Positions 29,867-44,136 of a DNA stretch of 64,000 bases are shown here, in pieces. Made by a program: the position numbers and the translations under genes. The stretch comes from Octopus vulgaris (Eukaryota). The first letter of the stretch is position 1, and every line of letters starts with the position of its first letter. The notes under the pieces were generated by a model that saw nothing but the letters and a program-made list of their open reading frames with translations, ran no database searches and was not told the origin of the DNA. The DNA is taken from NCBI GenBank assembly GCA_951406725.2, contig OX597837.1, forward strand, positions 44,888,001-44,952,000. Direction: 5' to 3'.

Positions 29867-29906
<40 letters not shown>

Positions 29907-29947
29907 GAATATAAATATCTACATATATTCATCATATATATATATAT

Positions 29948-29985
<38 letters not shown>

Positions 29986-30070
29986 GCATACATACGTACA
30001 TACATAGGCGTGTACACATTTAAATACAGACTGTATACATACATGCATACATCCATCCATATATATATAT

Positions 30071-30154
<84 letters not shown>

Positions 30155-30390
30155 TATGTATGTATGTATGTATGTATGTATGCATGCATGTGTATATAGC
30201 CGGCACACCGTGTTGTTTGTCACTTTCAGGAAACACTCATGTAAGTGTGAACAACAAGTGGTATATATATTGATATATATATAAAGTGGATTTCTAAACC
30301 ATCATCGATGAAGACATACTTAGCAACTGTTGCTCAGGCAAAAAAAGTAAGTACGCATACCTGGAGGGCCATATCTATGCCTATATATAC

Positions 30391-30453
<63 letters not shown>

Positions 30454-30454
30454 C

Positions 30455-30493
<39 letters not shown>

Positions 30494-31003
30494 CATATAT
30501 ATACATACATACATACATATATATATACATACATATATATATATACATATATACACATGCATACATGCATCTATTGTCTCTGTTGTTGCATTCCGATTCT
30601 ATACTTTCTTTTAGTTATCCATTCTTTCATTGCAATCATTCATTTCATCTGTCGTTCGTTCGTTCCCCAATTTTTTCTTTCTTTCCTTCATTCACGCTTT
30701 CTTTCTTTCTCTCTTTTCTCTCTATTTATTTGTTTGTTTGTTTATTTGTTTGTGAGTGTGCATCTGTCTGTCTTTCCTATTCCTCTGTCGCGACACCTGT
30801 TTGTTCTGTCAATCCGTTTCCTTGGTCCGCAGCTTTGTTACATCCACTTCTATGTTTATATGTTTATATATGATATTTATACATAACTATATATGTGAAT
30901 GTGTGTGTGTTTGTGCGATGTGAGGATATTATTGTTTATAATAATATCAGTGCCTTAGCTTGCGTAAAACAATATAAAGATGAAATTATCATTTAATGAT
31001 TAA

Positions 31004-31216
31004 GGGCACTACGGGCAGTACAAATATGCTTTAAAAGCAGTTAAAAGCGCTCAAATCACAAGTTTTCACTTAAACCCAAAGTTGAAGGCGTGCAAATGAT
31101 CAAAATGCCTAAGATTCCACACCAATGATGAAAATATTTTGCATCTTTTAAGTTAAAACTTATGTTTGCGTCAGTTTGACTGCTATTTCAGCATGTTGGT
31201 ACTGCCTATAGTAATC
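31004..31216. mobile_element. MITE with TTAA target duplication and ~70 bp TIRs (Kolobok-like)
   Basis: TTAA|GGGCACTACGGGCAGTAC...GTACTGCCTATAGTAATC|TTAA; symmetry extends to AAGTTTTCACTTAAA / TTTAAGTTAAAACTT. Confidence 0.75.
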
Positions 31217-31224
31217 TTAATATA

Positions 31225-31292
<68 letters not shown>

Positions 31293-31307
31293 TATATATA
31301 TATATAT

Positions 31308-31490
31308 AGTTAATCCAAACAAGAAAGCACAAAAAAACACAACAACGCGAGGACGTGGAACAAATATAGTACTATTGGACGCTCAGGAAAGAAGGAAAGA
31401 AGGAAGGTTTAACGTTTCGAGCGGAGCTCTTCGTCGGAAACATAGGTGAAGGAAAGATCCAGAGAAGGGGAGACGGAGGAAAAAAAATCG
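31308..31490 (-). mobile_element. Penelope-like non-coding element, subfamily 2, with hammerhead-like motif at 31407-31441
   Basis: Minus strand GTTT-CCGACGA-A-GAGC tcc GCTC-GAAACGTT-AAAC; 3' end abuts (TA)n. Confidence 0.72.
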
Positions 31491-31565
31491 TTATTTTAGC
31501 GGGTACTTTTTCTGTCAGACCATATTCTCCAACCGCTATGTTACGAGGTCACATTTTGAATAACC

Positions 31566-31589
<24 letters not shown>

Positions 31590-31597
<8 letters not shown>

Positions 31598-32032
31598 TTC
31601 CACCACCACTTGACGACCGCTGTTAGTGTGTTTACGTCACAGTAACTTAGCTGTTCAGGGGAAAAAAGTGACTGAGAGAACAAGTATCAAACTTTAAAAA
31701 GGATTACTCGGGTCGATTTGCTCGACTAAAGCCTTCAAGGCAGTGCCCCAGCATGGTGGCTGACCAATGACTGAAACAGGTAATAGATAAAATATTATAT
31801 ATATACTTTGATTTTTTTCAGTCATTTTACTGCGGCCATGTTGGAGCACCGCCTTCAAGTATTCTAGTCGAACAAATCAACCTCAGGACTTACTTTTTTT
31901 AAGCCTAGCATTTATTCTATCATCAGTCTTCGTAGCGCGAACAGCTAAGTTACGGTAACGTAAACACACAAACACCGGTTGTCAAGTGGTGATGGTGGGG
32001 GAACAAATGCACATGTAGATACCCCTCCCCCC

Positions 32033-32063
<31 letters not shown>

Positions 32064-32204
32064 CGGTGGGCTTCTTTCAGTTTCCGTGTATCGAATCGAT
32101 TCACAGGGCTTTAGTAGGCCCAAGGCTACAGCAGAAGATACTTGCCGAAGGTACCATGAAGTGGGACTGAACAAGAAACCATGTGATTACCACACAACCA
32201 CGCC

Positions 32205-32205
<1 letters not shown>
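31590..32205. mobile_element. Tail-to-tail inverted pair of SINE family B copies
   Basis: Plus-strand tail ends at about 31790; minus-strand copy spans about 31815-32205. Confidence 0.8.
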
Positions 32206-32253
<48 letters not shown>

Positions 32254-32364
32254 TATGCATGCATGTCTACAAGTATGAATGTGCACGCAGGAATATATTG
32301 TTTACGGAGTTTTACGTGTCGCGATCGAAACCATGCTAGGACAGAGTAGAAGTTCCATGTAATT

Positions 32365-33205
<841 letters not shown>

Positions 33206-33520
33206 TATATGATATCACTGAGTAGTTACAATAGCCGACCAGGTCTATTCTTGCCCTCCATCATTATATTGCTGCCCTGCTGGGGCAGCGCCTTGAAGAA
33301 TTTCAGTTGAATAAATCGACATTTTTCTTTTTCTTTTTTGTTTTTGGCGGGTAGTTACTCTGTCAGTCACTATTCCCCAACCGCTATGTTATAGGAACGT
33401 TAAAACTAAGACCGGTTCATGGGGAGGGGAACACACCCAGAGACACAAACACACAGAGACACACAGACACACTCACACACACAGACATACACACACGCAC
33501 GCACGCACATATATACATGT

Positions 33521-33835
33521 GGGGGGTGTAGGTCGATGGTTAGGGCATTCGGCTCTCACAATCGTAAGTTCGTGGTTTCGATTTCTGGGGGTGCGTTGCA
33601 TTCTTGAGCAAGACACTTTACTTCACATCCCTACACTCCAACCAACTGGCAAAAATGAGTAGTACTTGTATTTCAAAGAGTCCAGCATTGTCACTTTCTG
33701 TGTCATGCTGAATCTCCCTGACAACCACGTTAAGGGTGCACATGTCTGTGGAGTACTCAGCCACAAGCATGTTAATTTCACAAGGAAGTTCTTCCCTCGA
33801 TATGATCAGCTGGAACCCATTACATCGTAACCGAC
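33521..33835 (+). mobile_element. tRNA-derived SINE family C (CORE-like segment)
   Basis: A/B boxes, then CTTGAGCAAGACACTT; homologous to 35809-36130. Confidence 0.8.
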
Positions 33836-33888
33836 TCACAAGGCTTAAGATCGTCCGTGGCTATAGTAGAAAACACTTGCCCAAGGTA

Positions 33889-33960
<72 letters not shown>

Positions 33961-33990
33961 GTACAAACACATATGCATGCATTCATTATA

Positions 33991-34301
33991 TCACCGTGAT
34001 CACCGTGACCGGACCAGGCTATCAGATGTTGCTACACATCGCTGGTCACAATGCGCTTCGCATTGTTTTAGACTTCAAATGACGCCGCCCCGCTGGCTAA
34101 GCGAGCAGGCCAACAGAAGAAAGAGTGAGAGAAAGTTATGGCGAAAGAATACAGCAGGGATCACCACCCTCCCCTGCCGGAGCCTCGTGAAGCTTTAAAT
34201 GTTTTTGCTCAATAAACACTCATAACGCCCGGTCTAGGAATCGAAACGGCGATCCTACGACCACGAGTCCGCTGCCCTAACCACTGGGCCATTGCGCCTC
34301 C
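33991..34301 (-). mobile_element. tRNA-derived SINE family D, full length, with 14 bp target duplication
   Basis: Minus-strand head GGAGGCGCAATGGCCCAGTGGTTAGGG...TTCGATTCC; flanks ATGCATTCATTATA (33977-33990) and ACGCATTCATTATA (34302-34315). Confidence 0.9.
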
Positions 34302-34406
34302 ACGCATTCATTATATAAGTATACATAAATACACACACACACACATATGTATACATACCTGCCTATGTATGCAAAAATATGTACGCGCGTATGCATGCAT
34401 GCATAC

Positions 34407-34480
<74 letters not shown>

Positions 34481-34969
34481 AATGGAAAACAGTATATGTA
34501 TAGAAGTATACCAGCATTTGTCTCATATGAAGTTCTTTTGGAAATGAAAGGTCTTCCTGGAACCATATCAACGGTTGTGGAACTGTCGTTTGCAATCTCT
34601 ACATGAACTGATAATGCCTGCAGAAATACCAAAACACCTGCCTACATACATATCTTCCTACCCATCTTTATTCCTTACCTACCCGCATACACCAATACAA
34701 TAAAAATGTGTAAATAAGATCTTTTCTCAAGTTTAAAAAGCGACATTTTTCTTTTTTTTTTCTACATTACAACGGTGGAGCTTGGTATCTTTGTTAGAAA
34801 TCAGATCCTTCTGCAAAGGAAGTATTTAGATAAGAATTTAAATAAATAAAATCAGAAGAACACGTACCCCACACACACCATATATAACTCCCTAGCTACC
34901 TACTTAATTACATACAGACCTTCATACAAACTACGAGTATATACGTGTATACATCTACATCTTAATATA

Positions 34970-35175
34970 CAGAGTGTCCCAGAATTCGCGCACGATTCTG
35001 GTTTTCATTTAAAATAATTAAAGCATTTTATTTTATATTTTTTCTGCATGTTTTATTGTAGATGGTGCTCAATTTGCACATTTGCTACGATTAATCTTAA
35101 TAAAGTGTTCTTGAAATCAATAAGGGTGTATTCTTTTGAAAAACCAGGGTGGAGCGCGACTTCTGGGACACCATG
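34970..35175. mobile_element. Tc1/mariner MITE
   Basis: TA|CAGAGTGTCCCAGAATTCGCGC...GCGCGACTTCTGGGACACCATG|TA; about 38 bp TIRs. Confidence 0.85.
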
Positions 35176-35759
35176 TATATATATATATATATATATACAT
35201 ACACACGTACACACACACACATATATATCTTCATGCATACAAGCATGCATTTATATATACAAACATAAACGCATATACATCTATTTACATATCTACAAAC
35301 ATACTTGCATACATGCAAGCAAATATCTAAAATCATATTTGGATACATACCATTTTAGAAGTTTTCATAAGTACATACATACATGCATAAAAACATACAC
35401 ACACATACATACATACATTCACACATACATAACATAAACACATACATACATACATTCACACATATATACATGCATACATACACACATACACAAACATGTA
35501 CACAGATACATACACACATACACAAACTTACGTACATACATACAAACAAACATAAATACATACATATATTCGCACATACATAACCAAATATCTACCTCCG
35601 TGCACACCTGTCTATTTACCTGCATATTTACCTGTCTATTTACATATGCGCCTCTACCTATATACAAACGCATCACAATCAGAAACAATCTCTCTATCGA
35701 TCTTTTATTGATAAATTCTTTATTTATCTTTCACACTGTTAATGTCTGTCATATACATC

Positions 35760-35808
<49 letters not shown>

Positions 35809-35809
<1 letters not shown>

Positions 35810-36130
35810 GGCGCGTGATTTACTGGTTAGGGTATTCGGCTCACAATCATAAGGCCGTGAGTTCAATTCCCGGCGGCGCGTTGTATCCTTGGGCAAGATA
35901 CTTCATTTCACGTTGCTCCAGTCCTCTCAGTTGGAAAAAAAAGTGAGTAGAACCTTCATTTCAAAAGGGGCCAGCCTTGTCACATTCTGTGTCACGCTGA
36001 ATATCTTTGAGAACTACGTTAAGGGTACATCAGTCTGTGGAGTACTCAGCCACTTGCACGTTAATTTCACGAGCAAGCTATTCCATTGATCTGATCAACT
36101 GGAGCCCTCGTCGTCGTAGCAACGGAGTGC
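35809..36130 (+). mobile_element. SINE family C copy
   Basis: GAGTTCAATTCCC B-box and CCTTGGGCAAG; matches 33521-33835. Confidence 0.82.
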
Positions 36131-36145
36131 TAGTTACACACACAC

Positions 36146-36190
<45 letters not shown>

Positions 36191-37035
36191 TATATATAAA
36201 ATCTATATATAACTTTTACTTGTTAGAGACTACGGCCTCGCTGGGACACCGTCTTGAAAATGTTTTCGTCGAACTGATTGACCCCAGTAAATATTCTATC
36301 GAATACTTCTGCCGAACTACTAAGTCACTGGGACATAGACACACCAACACCGGTTTTGAAGCAGTGGTTGGTGACAAACACATACAAATACACACGCACA
36401 TGCACACATGCAGACACGCACACACACACACACACGACGGTCTTCTATTTGTGTCCATCTAAAATATCCACTCACAAGTCTTGAGTTGAAGACATTTGTC
36501 CAAGTACCATGAAGTGAGATTGAACCGGGAACCATGTGGTTTTGTAAGAAATTTCTTATCACACACATTCACGTTTGTATTTTGATGTGTTTTGTTTGCA
36601 TGTATAAATACTTGGGTACATGCAGAGGCGCATAGTCACACCAGGGAGAGATCGGGTGTGGTCACATTTGGAGAGGGATGAGCTTCGCTTGTGTATGGTA
36701 TGCGATGATGTCATGGGTATCCAAAGCTGTCGGAAACGGCCAAGAAACAGAGAAGAAAAATAAACGACTGTTGAAAGAGGGAGAGAGAGAAGGAGAGAGA
36801 AGGGGGCTGAGATACTGGACTGGTTCTTAATTTGTTGACCCTGCAATGTAATGTTCACTTCGAGTTGGGTTAGAACTCAGAACAACGTAAAAAGCGGCAA
36901 ATCATACGGTAATGCTTCTATCCAACTCTCTCTTTGTCTTTCGCTCTCTCTATCTCTCTCATTCCTCCCTTCCTCCCTCTCTTTCTCTCTCTCTCTCTCT
37001 ATCTATCTATCTGTCTGTCTGTCTATCTATCTACC

Positions 37036-37098
<63 letters not shown>

Positions 37099-37664
37099 CC
37101 TCTCTTTTTTCTTCTTTTTTCTTTTCTCTTTTCTTTTGTTTCTTTTCCTTTTTTCTTTTTTTCTTTTTTCCCTTTTACGATCCCTTTTGATCGAAAACCT
37201 ACGCCACTTCTTTTTTTTTATTTTTCATCCCCAAAAGAAAAGCTCTACCTTGTAATTTGTCCCATCTGTGTGCAGTCCTGTGTGGCCAATAAAGAAACTT
37301 ATCTATCTCTATATATTTATCAATCTATGTTTAGATAGATAGAAATGGAATAGGGGTACATTTATATGAAGACGAGTACAATACGTTATTCACTGTGATG
37401 TGCGTGTTTCTGTGTGTGTGTGTGTGTACAAGAATTCAAGATATTTACATTACTGCACTGATAATCCAACAGGTAAGTTGTGCATTTCAATCTAGTTGTA
37501 TAATCTATCTATCTGTCAGTCTGTTTGTCTGTCTGACTGACTGTCTGTCTGTCGATCGATTTGTATATCGATCTGTCTATTTGTATGTTTATCTGTCCCT
37601 CTGTCTACCTATCTACCTACCCATCCATTTATTTGAGTGAGAGTGCGTCTGTTTAACAGTGAAG

Positions 37665-37670
37665 CTATCC

Positions 37671-37718
<48 letters not shown>

Positions 37719-37758
37719 GTCTGTCTATCTATCTGTCTGTCTGTCTGTCTGTCTATCC

Positions 37759-37841
<83 letters not shown>

Positions 37842-37842
37842 C

Positions 37843-37906
<64 letters not shown>

Positions 37907-38105
37907 GTCTGTCTGTCTGCCTGTCTGTCTGTCTGCCTGTCTATCTATCTATCTATCTAGCTAGCTAGCTAGCTCTCCGTCTGTCTGTCTAACTATCTAT
38001 CTGTCTCTGTCTCTATCTGTCTATCTATCTATCTATCTATCTATCTGTCTGTCTGTCTGTCTGTCTGCCTCTCTCTATCGATTTATCTATCTATTTATCT
38101 ATCTC
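37665..38105. repeat. (TCTA)n/(TCTG)n array
   Basis: Direct reading of the sequence. Confidence 0.97.
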
Positions 38106-38542
38106 TCTTTCTCTTTCTCTAGTTATTTTTGTTACTTATCTACCTCTCTGCCTATCCGTCTATCTGTTCGTATACTGTCGCATCTTCGTAACCTAATGTA
38201 TACCTTAACGTATGTATCTAAATACGATATATTTATATATTATCTAACGGTTATACGTCTCACATATGTCTGTGACCTGGTGGTTAGTGTGCTGAAGTCA
38301 AGTTCTTAAAGTTTTAGTATCGATGTGTGGAAACTGTGGCGGGTTTGGGATTTTGTGGAAGATAATTCATTTCGCTTAGTTCCAGTTCACCCGTCTGAAA
38401 ATGAAAACCAGAGGGAGCTGGCAGTCCACCCTGCGACAGGTTAACGTTCCGCTCAATGTGGTTATTGTACTCAAAATCCCATAAAGCTCATGCAGCCCTA
38501 ACTTTGGTAGAAAACCCTGGGGAAAAAGAGGTATGTAAGAGG

Positions 38543-38790
38543 CAGGGCCGGATTAAGACCCATAGCGGCCCTAAGCTCTTAGAAGGCTTTGTAGTCCCCG
38601 TTTATATGTAATTCAAAATATAAACGATAATACACTGCAATATAAATTTTTATTTATCAAAACGAAACAAAACTTCATTCATATTTCTCCTACTTTTTTT
38701 ATTGCAAAGTCTTTGCTCAGATCTTTAGAATTAATCTTCCATAACACATCTGATAATTATATTTCTGATCACGCAAACCACTTGAAATAT
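38543..38790. mobile_element. Possible hAT-type element left end
   Basis: Begins CAGGGCCGGATTAAG; no matching right TIR found. Confidence 0.35.
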
Positions 38791-39677
38791 TATATTGGCA
38801 AGTAGGTCTGCTTTGCCATTCCTCTTTTCAGGGTCGATATAATAAGTACCAGTTGAATACTGGGGTCTATGTAATCAACATAGTCCCTCACCACAGAATT
38901 GTGGGCCATGAGCCAAAATTTGAAGCTAATAGCATTTTAGCAAGTTTAAAGCGATGCCTTTCGTCCCGTAAACCACTTACCATTTCTGTGGTCCCTCCCA
39001 CTTTCCTTGATGTTCTAAGTACGTGCTTTTTTCGCCGAACGGTTAATCCAGTGCTGGTAGGAGGTAATAAAGGAAGGCGGTTTGTCCTACTTTCAGTCCA
39101 AGGTGACAAGGGGTAGCTTCGTTCCCTATTCTTGCACTCAGCCTCTCGGACCTTAGGGTACTTGTCTATCCCCCGTTCGTAATATTTATTTCCATCACTG
39201 GATCTAATCACATAAACTCACGCACAGAGGTTCACATAATTCAATTCCGTGTGTCTATGTGTGTCTATGTGTGTCTGTGCGTGTCTGTGTGTCTGTGTCT
39301 GTGTGCGCATGCGAGCGCACGTATATAGCTATTTATCTGATCGTGAATGAACGACATTGCTTGGCTAACATCATTATAACGTCGATAAAATTGAAGCAGG
39401 TACGATCACCATTCAGTTACCAAACACACACACACACAAACACACACACAAACACACATACCTACATACACACTCATATACAAACACACACACACAAACA
39501 CACACACACACACACACACACATACATACACACTCATATACAAACACACATAAACACACACACACACACAAACACACGTACATACACACACACATACATA
39601 CACACTCATACACAAACACATACACACTCATACACAAACACACACACAAACACACGTACATACACACTCATACACAA

Positions 39678-39710
<33 letters not shown>

Positions 39711-40120
39711 CACAAACACACGTACATACACACACATACATACGCGCACGCATATACACATACATACGTACGTATATACACAAAGATACACACACGTATT
39801 CACACACACATACACACACATGCACGTGGTTACTGAAATATACACACACCTGCGTGCCTCCTCTCATAACGACAGATGTCTTGATACATGCACATACGTA
39901 TGGGCGCATGCACACAGATTCACACACACACATACTCAGAGGCAAACAAAAATACGCGCATACAACAGCAATAAAGCACATGCACACACACATATATACA
40001 CTGATGCAAACATATACACACACGCACACATTTATTCATACGTACACGCACGTACGCGCACATATACAAGTAATGTTACAGATGCACACATGCAGGAGAT
40101 ACACTTATCATGTACTACTA

Positions 40121-40153
<33 letters not shown>

Positions 40154-40156
40154 ATG

Positions 40157-40361
<205 letters not shown>

Positions 40362-40365
40362 TAAC

Positions 40366-40457
<92 letters not shown>

Positions 40458-40463
40458 CAATAA

Positions 40464-40790
40464 GGTGCCCTAGGAATTATAACAAAAGCGGCTGATTGCT
40501 ACCTAGTTCAGATACCAGGAAATCCCAAAATGGCAGAAATCCAAACGATAGTGCTCATGGGACCTGCCCATATCCTATGCAAAATACTTTCTATGTAATC
40601 TCAAATTTTTAAACAAACTCATAATTTTCTTATGGTTTCTTAAACATTCTCTAGAACAACACTATGTAGAAAACCAAATATATGGCACTCTAGGCATAAC
40701 ACCAACTTGAACTTCTAACTTGTTGTCTCTTGAGGTCTCTGGGTGAGACTTGGAGCCAACTTGTACAAATGTAAAGCAAAATTCAAACTT
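40464..40790 (+). mobile_element. R4/Dong-type LINE 3' fragment adjacent to (AAT)n
   Basis: GALGII...EIQTIVLMGPAHILCKILSM* plus a 3' UTR shared with 53408-53451. Confidence 0.8.
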
Positions 40791-40865
40791 TCATACTTTA
40801 ACATTATTCAAATGATATGTGTGTGTGCGTGTGTATGCATGCCTGTATGTATGTGTATGTGTGTG

Positions 40866-41206
40866 TATTATAATGTGAATCCTCGTCCACTTGTATGTTG
40901 TTGTTGGCAATGTAATATTCTTGTTGTCGCTATTCTTGTTGTCGCATTATTCCGCGTCTTGTTATTCTTGACTCATCAGTCGTGCGGTCGCTGATGGCTC
41001 TGCTAGACAATGACTTTTAAACATCTCCCTTGACACTAACACGAACTCGTATATAACACGCAACTGACACTCACTTCAACTGACAACTTGTACAACGACT
41101 CTACTACTACTACTAACATTTTACAACAACCTGTTGTCTGACTTTACATTGGCTGATTCATACCACTTTGTCACGTGAGTAGGGGAGTACTATTTTTCCT
41201 ACAACA
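40866..41206. mobile_element. Possible solo LTR
   Basis: Ends CTACAACA; start TATTATAA is a degenerate TGTTGTAG; lies between microsatellites. Confidence 0.3.
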
Positions 41207-41220
41207 ATATATATATACAT

Positions 41221-41252
<32 letters not shown>

Positions 41253-41254
41253 AC

Positions 41255-41332
<78 letters not shown>

Positions 41333-41350
41333 GCACACATATATATGTAT

Positions 41351-41532
41351 CCACCTGTGAATCGTTGGCAATTTTCTTCCTCCGTCTTCCTTTTCTATTG
41401 GACTTTCTTCTGTTCTTGAAGAAGAGCTTTGCTCGAAACGTTAAACCATATCTCTTTCCTTCCCTTAGCGTCTGCTAATACGTTACATGTACCACGTCCT
41501 CACATTGTTGTTTTTTGTGTTTGTTGATTTAC
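41351..41532 (+). mobile_element. Penelope-like non-coding element, subfamily 2, with hammerhead-like motif at 41412-41446
   Basis: GTTC-TTGAAGA-A-GAGC ttt GCTC-GAAACGTT-AAAC; (TA)n-rich tracts on both sides. Confidence 0.7.
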
Positions 41533-41677
41533 TATATATATATATATATATATTTGAAGGTTGATGTCTTCACTTCATCTTAGTAGCTTCTAAGCTGAAG
41601 TGAAGACAGAATGTTCTTTGTCTATCTCCTCACCTTCTTGGAGGTTTTAGGTAAAACTATACTGTGTCCATTTGCTT

Positions 41678-41714
<37 letters not shown>

Positions 41715-41717
<3 letters not shown>

Positions 41718-42080
41718 CAGCATAACCCAACGTTGCCCGGGTATGTAGAGCCCCTATAGGCAACGATAATCCCAATCTAGTCCTTTCCCCTCTAATGTGT
41801 GTGCAAGGAATACATCTGTGTATACGATGTTCCTAGCTGTCTCCCAACAGAAAATGTGTTGCATATAAAAGCTTAGATTCTCGACCCCATGTCGAATTTA
41901 TCAATTTTTTCAGAACTGGGGGAACTTTTCAAACTTTTCGCTGCGTTAGTTTTGAATTATGACATTGGGCTATGTGTGTGTCAAGTTTCATCAGAATCGG
42001 TTGAAAGCCGTGGTCAGGGTGAGGGTACAACCTGACAGACACACAGACACGCACACAGAAAATACGTTTATATATAGAGA
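41715..42080 (-). mobile_element. Second non-autonomous Helitron
   Basis: Minus strand starts TCTCTATATATAAA; internal (CTGT/GT) repeat; terminal hairpin CCCGGGCAACGTTGGGT then CTGCTA. Confidence 0.7.
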
Positions 42081-42221
42081 GGTATTTAATGTATAACATT
42101 ATCGGGAAAAAATTTTATCAATATATCAAAAAATACTTTTAAAGGTATTTAATATATTTATATATATATATATATATAACGGGAAGCTTTATGAAAATAG
42201 ACAAAAGACGAAGGCAGGTGG

Positions 42222-42286
<65 letters not shown>

Positions 42287-42596
42287 GTATGTATGTATAC
42301 TATGGCGGAGAGGTATTCTAAGCATTGTACATTTTACAGTGTTGTTGATATCAGGGAAAACCGTATAAAAACTAAATACAGAAATCGGCAAGAATCCAAG
42401 CTACCCAGAAATGTCCCCTGATGAGATGTAAAGTGATGCCAATTGCTGTCATCGGTGTCTTCGACATCTCCGCCGCTGTCAACGTTGTCATCGTCGTCAT
42501 CATCCACTTCAGCATCATTGTGTTCGTTGTCATCGTTATTGTCATTGTCGTCGTCTTAATTGTCATCGTCATATCATCATCAGAGTCATCACCATT

Positions 42597-42830
42597 ACCT
42601 ATTTCTTTATTACACACAAGGGGCTAAACACAGAGGGGACAAACAAGGACTGACATAGGTATTAAGTCGATTACATCAGCCCCAGTGCGTAACTGGTACT
42701 TAATTTATCGACCCCGAAAGGATGAAAGGCAAAGTCGACCTCGGCGGAATTCGAACTCACAACGTAACGCAGACGAAATACCGCTAAGCATTTCGCCCGG
42801 CGTGCTAACGTTCCTGCCAGCTCGCCGCCT
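42597..42830 (-). mobile_element. SINE family A, full length
   Basis: Reverse complement of 1162-1396. Confidence 0.9.
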
Positions 42831-43426
42831 TTGCTAACGTTCCTGCCAGCTCATCACCATTACCAGCCACAACCACCACTACAACCACCACCACCACCAC
42901 CACCACCACTACAACCACCACCACCACCACCACCACCACCACCACCACCACCATCATCGTGATCATTATCATCGTAAGCTTCGTGGTCGTCATCATCTTA
43001 TCAAAATCAGCAACCACCACGACGACCACGATCACCTCCTCCTCTTCCTCCTCCTCCTCATCCACGACCACCACTGCTATTGTCATCATCGCCGTCGTCG
43101 TCGTAGCTGTAGTCATCGTCATACTTTTAATCCTTATTGCTTGTTGTTGCTGTTCCTGTTCTCGTCCGTCTGCAGACATGTTCTTACATAGATTCCAACC
43201 ATTTCTGAACTCTTCTCCGTCAATTCATCTGCACCAAATAACACACAGTAGATATAAAATAACAAAGGATAAAAGCATGAAATTCTTTGAGCTATCATCA
43301 TCATCACCCATCATCATCATCATCATCATATCATCATCCGCCATCCTCCACCATCATCATCATCATCATCATCATCATCATATCATCATCATCATCATCA
43401 TATTATCATCATCATCACCATCATCC

Positions 43427-43472
<46 letters not shown>

Positions 43473-43664
43473 GTCATCATTCTTATGTTATTATTTTTAT
43501 TTTTATTGGTGGTGGTAGTGGTAGTAGTAACAGTAGTAGTAGTAGTGGTGATGGAGGTGGTAGTGGTGGTAGTCTTAGTAGTAGTAGTAGTAATGGTGGT
43601 GATGGTAGTGGTGGTGGTGGCGGTGGTGGTGGTGGTGGTGGTGGCAGTCGTCGTCGTCGTCTTC

Positions 43665-43717
<53 letters not shown>

Positions 43718-44030
43718 GGTGGTGTCATCACCACCGTTATCCCTATCGTTATTATCATCATTCCTTATACCGTTATCAACCCTTTAATCCTGCGCTGGTC
43801 AATTATTTGTCTATGGCTCCAAGGATATTTTCTTTGATTCTTTGTGTTTTTTTTGGTGTCTTTTTTTGTCTATTTGCTTTCAGTAAAGAAGTAACAAAAA
43901 AAAAGAACAATAATATAAAAAATAAATAAATAAGTGAAAATTCTCGATAACCTTTTATGACAATCCTCGATATAACCTTTGAAGACAATAACCCATTCTG
44001 CACAAACAGTATATACGTACACAATACATA

Positions 44031-44136
<106 letters not shown>

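Noticed and set aside
34225-34301. tRNA gene
   Set aside because: It is the head of a SINE with a body and a target duplication.
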